DNA of 38,087 nt. Origin: Phoronis australis (lineage: Eukaryota; Animalia; Phoronida). The translations under genes were made by a program, and so were the position numbers. How positions within the stretch are numbered: position 1 is the first letter of the stretch; each line of letters opens with the position of its first letter. The stretch is taken from contig NMRA01000073.1 in NCBI GenBank assembly GCA_002633005.1, forward strand, positions 850,389 to 888,475, in the 5' to 3' direction. This document shows positions 22,601 through 32,795 of the stretch, in pieces. The notes beneath the pieces were generated by a model, which saw only the letters and a list, made by a program, of their open reading frames with translations, ran no database searches and was not told the DNA's origin.

Positions 22601-25600
22601 ACCGATAAATTTGTATTGTAATCAATAGTTAAAACTACGCACCAAGGACGGCATTTTGGTGAAAACATAAAATGAGTAAATTCGTAAATTCCTAAATTTT
22701 AAGCTCAAGTTCAATTGAGAATTAAATATTCAATTCAGATTGTAAAAGTAACAGTTGTAAATCACTATGACGCAAAAATGAAATAATTCTGGGTGATCGG
22801 TTGACGGAAGAGAAAGATTTTCCGTTAAAAGTCAAAGGTGCTTACAGGGGTGTTGACGATGCGGATGCAAGGTGGAAGGCTAAAGGGTTAAGATAAGTTT
22901 TAGGAGGATCTCACACTTTTGAGGGAGGGTTATTGTTTGAAAGGATAAGACTTCTTGAAGTTATTAGCTTTCGCAACAAAAAATATATTTTTTATGTTCA
23001 GAAATCACCGATTTCAGATTTTGCATTCAATCCATCTTAAGTAATTCAAATCGAGGACGGTGACCTTATTAGTTAATTGCCCGGCTAATTACCGCACTGG
23101 GTTTTAGCTCTACTAGGTCGGACTGCGGTCGTGAGTTTGAATCCGTCTTGGGACTGCCCTCAAATGCACAACATTGTCGTCGATACCGTTAACTTTAATT
23201 ATCAAAAGTGTGATTTTGTGTACACGACTTTTGGTGTTAACCCTGCCTCGTCTTTCAGGAAACCGATGCAAAAGGGAACATTCTGAAAAAGAAAAAGAAA
23301 AAGAAGAATCCAGACGATTCGTCTGGTTCGGAGTACGAATATCAATATGGTAATTATTCGTTATTGTTGAATATTGAACACGTGTCATATACACTAACCT
23401 CAAAATACATTTTGCCAACTGCACATGCTTTTGTGTCTGAAAATGTGTAATTCACACTTCCGAGCAGCCATGGGCAATTCCTGGTGTTGAATTTTTAATC
23501 GGCGTCAGTGTACGACAGGAGACACAACAGTACGCTGGTGTTTTTAATGATTGAACGAGTTGAAACTAGTACCATTTTTATCGACGTTATAATTCAGAAA
23601 CAACACTTTCTTTAGACAAAGATGGTAATCTAATTGGGACAAAGAAAATTAAGAAGAAAAAGAAGGGCCCCGATGGGAAGGAGATAGACTCCGAGAGCGA
23701 CGGGGATTACTTTGAGAAAGACGCTGACGGGAAGATTCGACTGAAGGCTGGCAAGAAAAAGATTGATATTAGCAAACTTACGGATGACCAACTTCGAGCA
23801 CTGGGCATTGATCCTACCTTGAGCAAGCAGGAGATAGCGAGGCAATTGAAGGTAACGCCTTAGGATACATGTACTCTTGATTCAAGAGCACAGTCGCTAA
23901 TGTGTGTGTTGGTGGGTCAGAAATTGAAAAGATTCAGAATTATTTAGTTTTAGAATTGTTGAAATAGAAGAGGTTTGGTTCTAGAAGTACCAAAAAAGTA
24001 AGTGGTAAACTTTGATGGCTACCAGTTGCTACTGGCAACGGATTAACTTTGAAAGATTATTCAAAAACAGCAACATTCAAACTTGTCCTCTATTCCGAGA
24101 ACTAATAGAAAAGTTGAGAGTGCGACTACAGAAACAAAGTTGTAAAACCATATTTCATTACATTGATGGAGTGCAGTTGTTCGTTGAACCAAATGCCGCC
24201 GAGATATTTATATCTTTGCTTAAGATGGCACGCAACGTTCTCAGGAAGACGTAGAAGGCAAAGCAAATGAAAGAAAACAAAGATTTCTCTTTCAAAATCG
24301 ATTAGGAGTTTCGCGTTAATTACGCTTTGATTCGTTAATTTCGAACAATACATTTGTCGTCTATCTTTGCATTATTCAGGAAAGATATTTAGATTGCTAA
24401 TAGAAATGCAATGGAGTCGATCTTCGCACTCACAATAACAATGCAAGATGACGTACTCAAATACTTTCATTAACGACGTTGCGAGGTCAGTAGCAATTCT
24501 GCTTCAGACCCGCTATGTCTTGTATCAAGGGCGATTATTGTTCGAGTTGTGTTCTAAGGTGTGCGAGTGATTGTCTGTGTGACGAATGCCACACGCGATG
24601 TCTATGGGAGGGCGTCGTGACTGCAATAGTAAGTTTCAAAATTACGCTTGCAATTACTTGGCGAACCTCATGCGGCATGTGTCGCGACAAACTGTTTCGA
24701 CCTCAATGTTTTACCATACAACCGAATGTTCAGTCAAAAACCAACGTGAGATTTAGGTCATTAGAATGTATCCCCGGGCGTCTCATCTAGTTCCTTACTC
24801 AGATGCCTAGGACTGAGAAGAACGGACTGGTCGTTAATGCCAAGTGTCCACGATTTTCAGGCTACGTGTATCTATTGTATGCTTTTAAATTTAAGTCGTC
24901 AGGGACACAAAATTCCTCTTAATTTCTAAAACACGTTTGCTCTGTAGGAATCATCCTCTGTACGATACAGTAAGAAAAGGAAAACAAAAAAGTTGCTTAA
25001 GTGATCAGGAGCAGTAATAATACCGGTATCTGCGGTTTATACTTTGAAAATAAAATATAATAAAATTCTTTTTGTCTTGCTGGGGGCTAGCCTGTGAAAC
25101 AATTGCGAGTGCGACCCTAATTGGGCACGTTGAATGTGCCACCGAACTGTGCAATATAGCTGCAACTGTCTGTTTTCAGGAAAAGTTCGGTGATGACATC
25201 ATTATCAAGAAGGCGGGGGAGAAAATTGGTTTAAAAGATGTAGCGGATTACGGAAGTGACGCAGACACTGATGATTTGGCGAATGACAGCGACCTGGACA
25301 CATCAACACGTGAGTCCTGCGGATTTGCACACAAAAGTCACGACAACAATCGATCATGCACGTCTTGGTCGTTACATAAAAACGACGTCGACAGCATTTG
25401 ACCGTTTCACAGATATCGTAAACAAATATTCGTTCTTGACAGTGTACGTAAAAGAAATGTTTGTATACCTTTGCAACAATGGAAGCTTGTGTTGCAAGAC
25501 TGATGTCAGACAACTTGTGCCTTCCGACTGTTCTTATCTATTAGAAAGCTATTAGGTTTTATAGCCCTGATCAAAGCTAATAACTTCAAAATTTCTGTCC

Positions 25601-28600
25601 AAATCCCAAATTTTTGTTTCTTCGGCCGTCAAACCGATAATGGCTTTTTCATTCAGCAATTTATGCTTCACAGCACGTGCATTGTTGATCTTAGTGTATA
25701 ACGGAACAATTCCGTTGTAGTTACTGGAAAGCGAAGGATGAATGTGTTACTGAGAAGAGGCGGGCAGAAACTGCAAGATCACATGAAGAAGATCGTAGAA
25801 GATTCCAAGCTGAATGAAGAAAAAGTTGGCGACGAAAAAGGTATCTTTCGTGACGCGCAGTTCTCTCAAGCAAAAAAATAACAACATAAGTGACATGCAA
25901 AGGCAATGGTCGTGCAGTTAGCTAGCTTGTGTCCCATTTCGTTGAGCCAAGAGCAAACTGATTGATGATGGCGCTGTGTTGTATAGCATACTGCATAACG
26001 CTGTCACCATTCACACTGTATCGGATTTTTTTCTGATACAATCACATCAAGAAGATAAGCTGAAATCAGAATCTGGTGCGCGGTTCCATAGCAACGAATT
26101 ACTTTCACGGAGCAACGACTGGTCACGTGCCCCACTGAATTCTTATTGCTCCGTAGCTGACACTAATGTCATATTCAATACCGAACGCAAAACGCCTAAA
26201 TTAAGGCCATTCAAGCCATAAAAGGTTGTTTTGGCGCATTAAGGTACTTTGCGCCTTCTTCCAAAGCACGTTTCATACCAATCTAAAGCCTGCCGCAGTG
26301 TTGTAGGATGTAGTGTTGGAAATTCTACATGGTGCATTACGCACGATCTTGAATTCGCTGCATTTAAGCAGACGAAATGAAACAGTGTGATCGTGGTCAC
26401 TGAGCAACTGTCTGGTCGTGGGTCTACACTGCAGCGGAACAGGGGGACTTCTACTTAGTGTGCTCACGTGGTAGTGGCATCCTTTTCGTATCATACCCCG
26501 ATACAGAATGTAGAGACTTTGCACACTGTAACTCTCGACGGTCGGCAGTTAATAAAAGGAGGTTCTTGCAACAACCTGTGCCTTTTCACAAAAAATGTAG
26601 AAAACCTGTAACTTTGTTACGGTTTATTTTCGAGGGTGCACTACCGGAAATCGCGGATGATTTTACGGCTGATCTCGACGGCCTGCAAAGTGGTAATATC
26701 CAGTACGCGGACGCGACAATATCACGTTCTGTATCGTTGCAAAATCTTCAATTTCAGATTCATCTATCGATTTCCTGACTCACTACCGACTCGTGGATCC
26801 TAGAAAGTTAGAAGGATATGCAAGGTCATTTGCCGTTGAGGATGACGACTACGACGCTGTTATACGCTATAGGGTAAGCGTCTGATCACGTTAGACAATC
26901 ACGAATCAAGGACAAACGTGTCGCTAGAAAACTCAGACAAGGTAAAACTAAACGTGATAAAGATGGTTCTAAACGACACTATATTGTCCTAGGCGTGGCC
27001 ATGTCGCGTGACATTCTGGAACACCTGTCTGTAGCGGTTATAAACCCGCGTTCCGTCCAAGAAACGAACTTTTGATTCAGTTCACTTACTCATATGGAAT
27101 TGCTCTCAACCCGTTACTTTTTCAGATGGCAAAGTGATTTTTGGTTTCGCGAAGAATTGACTGTTCGTTATTCATTGAGCAATTTAACGAAATGTTCTTT
27201 TTGAGCTCCAAAATCACCACAGATTTTAGGAACAGACAATTTGAGACCAATTCCATAACTGTAAGCGGTCGAAATCAAATTTTTGTGATAGACGGGCGGG
27301 TTCATAGCTGCTTTAAGAAAAGGGTCACTTCACACTTAAATCAAGAACAAACAAGTTTCAAAGGTTCAACAACATCTGGTAGTGAAATCGAATTGCATTT
27401 AATTCATTTTAATCAATAGAAACGTTTCAATTTTTTCGGATAATTATATCGAGTCATCAGTTTCCATCGATAGCTAAATGCAATCAAAATTCAACTTTAG
27501 TGCGTGGTATTGAAACGATGTTATATCGATACATGTAGGCCTACATCGTGACCAGCGGAGGATTAGCGATTTTGCCGACGTGTGTGGGGGATCACGCTGG
27601 CGGTAATGTCGGCTTGTTTTTATTTATTTTAATTGGGCCTCTGCTCTCTGAGGAACGGGGTTTTCCCCCAAATCTCCCGCAGATCAGCCACTGGAGACTG
27701 ACATCGCTTGCTATTTGCAGGACATGCGCACAGGTATGCAGGGGATACCTAGTCTTTCTGAGGTAGACGACAAACAGATGGACTACGTTTGTAAGGTGCT
27801 GAGGGTCGACAAAAACTCCAACGTGTCTTTCCGGATGTTTGCTGTCATCTCCTCATTGGCTGAACGCGTCACAAAGATGGAGTAAGTAGATCAAGTGTTA
27901 GACATGTGGTTGTATGGAGGATGTTTGTGTACTACATTTGTGCCAACTGAGTATTTAACATTGTCATAAATGGCAATGACAGTTTTAGTCTGTTGCACAC
28001 CTTCAGGTGGTGTATGAAAATGGTGACTTCGTTGTCCAAAATGCAAATGCCTCGCAGACAGGATAAATGAATTTTGCAAATATAACTATGTTCGCAATGA
28101 ACTCACCGCGCCACATGGTCTCGACTTGAAAAAAAAAACAACAAGAAAATGATATTTTATAGCGTTCGTGGCATTGCAACTATAATACCATTGCGACAAT
28201 TCAACCCAATTTACCGAATGAGAAAAATTATTAGAGCTCGTGAACTATTCCTGGCCCTCTGAGCGACTCAATCGATCTCGTGCAAGGATAATGCAGTTAA
28301 CTTCCTTATTATCAGATTCCTCATTTGAACACTTAACGAGTTAACTGATTAACCTGTTGTTGCCTCAGTTTTTTGACCTCTCACAAACATTATTTTTGTG
28401 CAATTTTAGACTCTGCCAATTGTTTCCACATATTTGATGTGTAAAAATAAACCTATTATATTTTGAAGTGTAGTGAACAGCTTTTCTCATTTGTGTTTTC
28501 AAGACTTTTCTACGTCTATTCTCTTATAAAAACAAAACATTACCCAGTTTAGTTGACGACCAATAATAACCAAGGTATGGTTTTCAATCTTTTCTAGTTC

Positions 28601-30157
28601 TCATTGTCAGCAAATGTTGAAAGTGTGCAATCTCATGGACATAGAGCGGAAGTTAGACTTGTACCGCGCGATGTTCTTCTGGAACACAACGTCAGACCGC
28701 GACCCGAACTACATCAAGTCGGAAGCGCTCAAAATCGAGCTGATCGCCGGCGGTCTAAGCTGGCCGCAGCAAGATTACATCATGGAGCAGCTACAGCCGA
28801 ATGAGTTCTTTGAGGTAAACAAATATAACATTGCAGAACGATAACTAAACACCAAGAAATTTCATGGTTTTCTAAACATACATCAACCCTAAACAAAAAG
28901 TATATTCTGTAGGTAAATGTATTGGATGATTGGTGCACGCAATTTCTGTAGGAATTTTTCCGATTAAAAACGAGCTATTCTTAAATTTCTATGAATAAGC
29001 TCAGATGACCGTGTACAAATTAAATAGACAATTAGCATTCAATGGTTTAAGATAATACACCAGGCGACTAATTTACTTTCAAAACAGCACGCATAAAAAT
29101 AGTGTACTTTGACATTTAATTGTAATCTATACATTGCTCATAGCATTTAGCAATACATACAACGCAAAGAGGATAGATGACTGTTAGAATAACTTGAATA
29201 TTTTGGCAACACGGATGAAACAGCACAATGACGACACTGTCATTGTGCTGACATGCGCATTTGTTTATAGGCGGACATCGTTGTCGTTTCAGATTTCCTT
29301 CCTCGACTACATATGTTATATTCCGTTGTTCCTGTCTTTCCACGACAACATATGTGACAACCCCTTGGATATGTCCAACAGCAAATACACTCCCCAGACT
29401 CGTCGAGTTGGCTCCGCCAAGAGAGACATGAACCCTCTTGGGAATCACTTGAAGAAAAACAGTCCGTTTCAGATGAGGTTAAAGGCCAATGAGTTATTGG
29501 ATGGAAAGAAGCCGGATGTTGAGGCGGTGAAACAGGAAAACTTAGCGCTTCTTGAAATGTCGAAAAACCAAAAGTAGGTGACTTAAGAGTTTACTAAAAG
29601 GGCGGCGTTCCGTGCTCGCAAGAAACTCGCAAAAACGGAAGATCACGCCGGTCTGCGAGATATCGTTATGCATTACATGCCGAGCAAGCGACCACACTAG
29701 CTTTTTTCGCCAGTGTCTTGCGCCTACGGAACGCAGCCTAGACATCGCGGGACTTTGTACGCGGAAATTATGTTGTCACGATGTGTACAGGTATTTGTAT
29801 CGGCACAGACCGCGTTCAGTTATTAGAATCATAGTGTGTATTGCTACTGTTTCGTCCTTTCTTTGGCCATTTTGCTGTTGGTGGTTAAGCAAGTTATCGA
29901 TGTTTTTTGGCTTTCAGAATACCAGCCATGATAAATATTTGTTTATCATATTCATTTCTTGAAACGATCGAGTCTCTTTTGAAGGTCGTTTATTAAAGTC
30001 CAATAATGGAGATTGAAATTCTTTGTGAGTACCCGACTTTAACGGTCCCTTGTAATTTGAAACAAACGTAACATTAATTTATTTCAGATTACCAGATATC
30101 ATAGATTCGAAAATGACAAAGCAGGATAAGAAGACAACTAAGAAGAACAAGAGATAG
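1520..30157 (+). CDS. Gene 1 (whole span): 24-exon uncharacterised ~1421-aa protein with novel repeats, charged low-complexity region and C-terminal EF-hand-like domain
   Basis: All 23 predicted introns are GT..AG with matching phases. Exon lengths sum to 4266 nt with no internal stop. Confidence 0.8.
3659..3783. repeat. Two-copy ~63-bp tandem repeat
   Basis: caaacc..gtgactgtgt(t/c)gcggtcttggaac(t/c)agcgtc..gttca occurs twice in tandem. Confidence 0.85.
4462..4620. repeat. Dispersed repeat family A, copy 1 (old MITE-like)
   Basis: The core aaattgaccaatt.catg...aaatttgtact.ga.tc is shared with ~11540-11680 and ~15300-15455. Confidence 0.6.
5614..5687 (+). CDS. Gene 1 exon 2 (DRFFYPSPRRGRPDSGFLPTLRSGS)
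   Basis: tatttcag| acceptor and |gtaagt donor; phase 1 to 0. Confidence 0.7.
6014..6066 (-). ncRNA. Degenerate type I hammerhead ribozyme-like motif (G12 to A, probably inactive)
   Basis: Minus strand reads CAC-CUGAAGA-U-GGUCGG-loop-CCGCCC-AAA-AAC-AUC-GUU-C-GUG. Confidence 0.4.
8065..8174. mobile_element. 110-bp MITE, TIR CAGTGGCGGAT/ATCCGCCTCTG, 5-bp TSD CTACT
   Basis: Inverted termini, with ctact at both 8060-8064 and 8175-8179. Confidence 0.85.
8253..9083. repeat. ~415-bp direct duplication separated by a single N (8666); probable haplotype/assembly artefact
   Basis: 8253-8665 and 8667-9083 are near-identical (about 10 substitutions and 2 indels by eye). Each contains a degenerate CGTGTTT-core minisatellite. 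Confidence 0.9.
10835..10933 (+). CDS. Gene 1 exon 3 (KLERHRTAVTYHGHDRKSQIFFIASNVRKKKLM)
   Basis: atcacag| acceptor, 99 nt open, phase 0-0. The donor gtgcgg is weak. Confidence 0.55.
11540..11680. repeat. Dispersed repeat family A, copy 2
   Basis: aaattgaccaattacatg...aaatttgtactcgaatcatgcgg...agtccgagt. Confidence 0.6.
11723..11782 (+). CDS. Gene 1 exon 4 (TSSEECLKCMLKVPHKKCEA)
   Basis: ctttttcag| and |gtgagt; 60 nt, phase 0-0. Confidence 0.8.
12265..12345 (+). CDS. Gene 1 exon 5 (HKYIRVGGGYRHSYWYIRTMMEDLEQQ)
   Basis: ttgcag| and CAG|gtaaac; 81 nt, phase 0-0. Confidence 0.8.
12619..12670 (+). CDS. Gene 1 exon 6 (LWEEQLLQRRLEAINES)
   Basis: tatttcag| and |gtaagt; phase 0 to 1, which bridges to exon 7. 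Confidence 0.8.
13223..13996 (+). CDS. Gene 1 exon 7: four tandem ~61-aa RTKSG repeats
   Basis: Lies within the 280-aa ORF. ttttgctttcag| and GCAG|gtacag; 774 nt, phase 1-1. Confidence 0.92.
14215..14302 (+). CDS. Gene 1 exon 8 (AAKPGQRIVGKDGAIYEVLVDPITGKKYK)
   Basis: cttccag| and |gtaagc; phase 1 to 2. Confidence 0.88.
14456..15177 (+). CDS. Gene 1 exon 9: R/K/S/G-rich, three SYxS..GGT repeats
   Basis: gttttcag| and |gtgagt; 722 nt open, phase 2 to 1. Confidence 0.9.
15300..15455. repeat. Dispersed repeat family A, copy 3
   Basis: ggactcgaaaattga...aaatttgtacttgaatcttgcgg...gagtccgagtcc. Confidence 0.55.
16194..16325 (+). CDS. Gene 1 exon 10 (EYTTATDQSDSSSSYYSESDGKGGRIRKKKEKSDKKGKKKKGKK)
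   Basis: ctctttcag| and AAG|gtatac; phase 1-1. Confidence 0.85.
17652..17844 (+). CDS. Gene 1 exon 11 (..VDLSKMTEEEKRVYFEEKAKRKAAREKRRREKYGDRYDEIMEKHE)
   Basis: taattag| and |gtaaga; phase 1 to 2; encodes a charged helical segment. Confidence 0.85.
18198..18314 (+). CDS. Gene 1 exon 12 (KKLEKEKFKSMVSYEKGAGRGLDPTGKTDGREPGMGLD)
   Basis: ctaattgcag| and |gtaaga; phase 2-2. Confidence 0.82.
18682..18752 (+). CDS. Gene 1 exon 13 (WGKPKGRKGKKYKDGNEADSESE)
   Basis: attttcag| and AAG|gtatta; phase 2 to 1. Confidence 0.82.
19798..20304. mobile_element. hAT-like MITE (TIR CAGTGCTGTAGTGG, 8-bp TSD ACCACACT/ACCACATT) carrying a nested element
   Basis: Perfect 14-bp TIRs, CAG termini, an 8-bp flanking direct repeat with one mismatch, and subterminal inverted similarity. 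Confidence 0.8.
19868..20217. mobile_element. Nested MITE with ~28-bp TIR (AAGCCTTGGTCACAACCCGCCGTACGTG), TA/TWA target; PIF/Harbinger-like termini
   Basis: The inverted copy cacgcacggcgggttgtgaccatagctt lies at 20190-20217, with TA on both flanks and a CGTA/ACGT-rich interior. Confidence 0.85.
20569..20712 (+). CDS. Gene 1 exon 14 (DLFSDVDGRGSRSSYQETIYDDEGNPIGKVRRKGHKGKGGYNSDDSDY)
   Basis: aaacag| and |gtatgt; phase 1-1. Confidence 0.82.
21866..21957 (+). CDS. Gene 1 exon 15 (EEIGPDGKKIRRPKVKKQVIVGSDGEEYEV)
   Basis: tttttcag| and |gttagt; phase 1 to 0. Confidence 0.82.
21979..22091. mobile_element. MITE family B (TIR GGCTGCGTTCCGTAGACGCAAG-like), short copy
   Basis: Self-inverted termini; aligns by eye with the reverse complement of 29600-29739. 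Confidence 0.7.
23259..23349 (+). CDS. Gene 1 exon 16 (ETDAKGNILKKKKKKKNPDDSSGSEYEYQY)
   Basis: tctttcag| and |gtaatt; phase 0 to 1. Confidence 0.82.
23616..23851 (+). CDS. Gene 1 exon 17 (DKDGNLIG...IDISKLTDDQLRALGIDPTLSKQEIARQLK)
   Basis: ttctttag| and AAG|gtaacg; phase 1 to 0. Confidence 0.88.
25180..25309 (+). CDS. Gene 1 exon 18 (EKFGDDIIIKKAGEKIGLKDVADYGSDADTDDLANDSDLDTST)
   Basis: gttttcag| and |gtgagt; phase 0 to 1. Confidence 0.88.
25721..25840 (+). CDS. Gene 1 exon 19 (LTGKRRMNVLLRRGGQKLQDHMKKIVEDSKLNEEKVGDEK)
   Basis: ttgtag| and AAG|gtatct; phase 1-1. Confidence 0.82.
26758..26873 (+). CDS. Gene 1 exon 20 (DSSIDFLTHYRLVDPRKLEGYARSFAVEDDDYDAVIRYR), EF-hand-like loop 1
   Basis: atttcag| and |gtaagc; phase 1 to 0. 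Confidence 0.88.
27553..27693. mobile_element. Degenerate CAGTGGCGGAT-type MITE, TSD GTGAC/GAGAC
   Basis: Termini cagcggaggatt and gatcagccactg; interior similar to 45-161. Confidence 0.6.
27721..27881 (+). CDS. Gene 1 exon 21 (DMRTGMQGIP...VDKNSNVSFRMFAVISSLAERVTKM)
   Basis: tttgcag| and |gtaagt; phase 0 to 2. Confidence 0.88.
28598..28814 (+). CDS. Gene 1 exon 22 (SHCQQMLKVCNLMDIERKLDLYRAMFFW...EQLQPNEFFE)
   Basis: cttttctag| and GAG|gtaaac; phase 2 to 0. Confidence 0.88.
29293..29573 (+). CDS. Gene 1 exon 23 (ISFLDYICYIPLFLSFHDNICDNPLDM...LLEMSKNQ)
   Basis: gtttcag| acceptor. The donor |gtaggt overlaps an in-frame TAG at 29575-29577. Confidence 0.88.
29600..29739. mobile_element. MITE family B, second copy (opposite orientation)
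   Basis: Termini ggcggcgttccgt and acggaacgcagcc. It shares the gcgagatatcg and cacactagctttt cores with the first copy; a third fragment lies near 18425-18465. Confidence 0.7.
30088..30157 (+). CDS. Gene 1 terminal coding exon 24 (KLPDIIDSKMTKQDKKTTKKNKR*)
   Basis: tttatttcag| acceptor, phase 2 compatible, TAG at 30155-30157. Confidence 0.72.
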
Positions 30158-30746
30158 TGCCTGTGTCCACTAGGTAACTTCTTGGATGGGTGCAGTCAGT
30201 CAGTGCTGGTCCTCGCGAGCAAAGGGTAGACAGATCATGCATATATTGTGATATCTTGTGTTGACTTGCGTGCTGTCGCTTAAGTCGCAAAAATCTAGAC
30301 TCACTGAACACATTCCTGTGTTTAGGAAACGAACCAAACTTTACTCAAGACTCGACTCGAAAAAGAACCAACCACATAGTTAGCTTTTCAGGCTTTACTG
30401 GACGCGTTAGTTCAAACGTTAGTGGTGTCTCGAGTGATGTTTGGCGACAAAGCTTGAGAAATGTAATCATTAATCTTAAGGCGAAAGAACCAAAATCCAT
30501 ACTGTTCAAAATACGTCTTTAATATTAAAATGTTTTGGTTGAAGCTTTAAGGAAACTGGTCGTTAATTATTTATTAATTTTAATTCCAAAAGGTAAGCAA
30601 GTAGCTGTGATAGAAATTGTATATAAACTAGTTTCTGTGGTCGTTTTAAGCAGAGCACGATTGTGTAGTTCTCTCACACCTATGGCCTATATCAATTGTA
30701 AATGTGTTGCCATAACGTCCTACTGTTGTAACGTGACGTCATTGTT

Positions 30747-30992
30747 CATGCGCGCACCCAGCCTTTAATATGGGGACTCGAATTTCTGGCGATGAGGACT
30801 TTTTACTGACAAAAAAGGACTAAAAAACGGGGTACCACTTTCAAAACTGTGACCTGTGCGTCTACACCTTTTTAGTGGACTTTTGTATCGTTTTCTAGGA
30901 CTTTTTGTTTCTCTGAGGCGGACATTGTTTTGCCCAACTCTCCAAATAGGGGCTCATTGGAGCCGCCCGAGTACCCCCTGGGTTCGCGCATG
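30747..30992. mobile_element. 246-bp MITE in the predicted 3' UTR, TIR CATGCGCG(C/A)ACCCAG, 5-bp TSD TTGTT
   Basis: 15-bp TIR with one mismatch; ttgtt at 30742-30746 and 30993-30997. Confidence 0.85.
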
Positions 30993-31450
30993 TTGTTTTA
31001 TCAAGACTCTGACTTTCATGTAACGGGCGTAACTTCAACTCTTCCAAATTTCGCGGTATCTCGTGTCATGAATAACCAGAATCTCGTCATTCAAATGACT
31101 ATGTTAATTAAACGTTTTATTTTTCAGTTAAATTACGCGTTTTTCATGGTTAAACCTATTTGTTAGTCATTTTCTCATACACCTTATAATTGTGGTAGAT
31201 TCCAGCAGAGTGACATAATTTTATTTACCAGAGGTCTTGGATATAGTAAATTGTTGTACATACGAAAGTTAACTATTTCATATTTTGTTCATTTTTGAAA
31301 CAAATAAGTTTATTTCAAGTGTGCCAAATTTTTACTTATTTTGCACTGCGGGATTGTGGTATGTTAAGGTGGTTTTAATTTAGCGATACCTTCGTCGTAC
31401 ATACGTGTACTGTGTTCATTGCAACTGAAATGTGGTGCTACTTCTGAGGA

Positions 31451-31456
31451 AATAAA
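31451..31456 (+). terminator. Probable polyadenylation signal of gene 1
   Basis: AATAAA about 1.3 kb after the stop, followed by ATTAAA and a GT/T-rich tract. Confidence 0.5.
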
Positions 31457-32280
31457 ACACGATAACATTTCATTAAACGGTGTATTTTTTCACTCTTTGC
31501 TATTGAAGGCTTCATAAATACGCACCTAAATTCCAGAGAGCGATCTTCACATCACCTGTATCCAGCATGTATTAGGGTTGAACTCATCAGTCTTTGGTTT
31601 TGAGCTCATTCGCAGGCAGCTCCGATATATAGTTCCACAGTGTGTACAAAATCTGGTGTGCACAGTATAGAGAGTCACAGACTTCAAAAATCTTGCACAA
31701 AGCCGGTTTCTAAAATGGTTTTTCCACCTCATTACTCACGACCATCGCAAGTTGCTTAAAAAGAACACCAAATCATGAGACACTCCAAATCCAGATCCAA
31801 TTTCAAGTGTCAAATTCGGAACACGGCGCAATCGTAACGAAACTCTGGCAAAGTATAGGCTCTCCAGCGATATCCCAGGCGACCGGCAGTGGCGCTGCGC
31901 ACTACAACTCCGTTTCCGTCGTCTGCTTCACTGTGCAATGAAGAATATTACTTATTTTTTTAAGGAAATGGAATCTGAGTGGCGATGAAAAAACAGAAGC
32001 TGCTGGTAAGATGTGAATTTTAGTCGAAGCCTTAGTGAAACTCTCTTTGTCAAACCTTACTAAAGACGATTTCCAAAGCAATCGCGTCATTAATGCCAAC
32101 ACAAAAACGGATTTGGTCTTTTGGGCAATTGAAGACTATTTTAAATACACCAAATTTGTTACGAACTGATTGCACAGAATATAAAAAGTGTAATAAGCAT
32201 TACAAAAAGGAGTAGGTTTCGCGCGCAAACGCTGTGGACCATAAACAAGTAGGTCTCTTATTACCAAAAACATGAGTGAA

Positions 32281-32360
32281 ATCGTGGTGGTGTAGTGTTA
32301 AACCGCGTGCGCTCTATCCGCCAGGTCGTGAGTTCGAGTCTGTGATCATTGCAGTTTTTT
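32281..32360 (+). mobile_element. tRNA-derived SINE head / tRNA-like pseudogene
   Basis: A-box-like TGGTGTAGTG (32288-32297) and B-box GTTCGAGTC (32332-32340), followed by an oligo-T run. I find no complete cloverleaf. Confidence 0.55.
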
Positions 32361-32519
32361 ATGTTTGATACGTTCTCCATTTTCTTTTTCTTTTTATTTG
32401 CCTTTTTTCTTGGATAATACTTTAGGAATCAAGGAAAATGCTTGATTTTTAGAGGAAAATACAAAAAAAAGTCCTGGTGCTATGCGCATCTAATCGTGCT
32501 TTGCACAAATGTTTTCAGA

Positions 32520-32561
32520 AAAAATGTTGCCCCCCCTTATGATATCCTAGATCCGCCACTG
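32520..32561. mobile_element. Orphan right end of a CAGTGGCGGAT-type MITE
   Basis: gccccccc..atcctagatccgccactg. Confidence 0.55.
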
Positions 32562-32795
32562 TTGAATGTCGCACAATTAAAATACAGCTGGTGGGCGGGC
32601 CAGTCACGTTACCCATTTTTGATTATACGATAATTTAATTTTGAATATCTACCTACGAAAATCGACAGATTCATAGATGATAACTAGTAGTTGTTATATC
32701 TGCAACTGTACCGCGTTAAGAAAAACTGAATTAGAACTTGAGTGAAACAAACATATCTGCCTCTAAAAGGTAGCGCTACGATGGAGGACTCATTG

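Noticed and set aside
32281-32360. Functional tRNA gene
   Set aside because: A and B boxes are present, but the acceptor and anticodon stems do not pair convincingly; treated as a SINE head.
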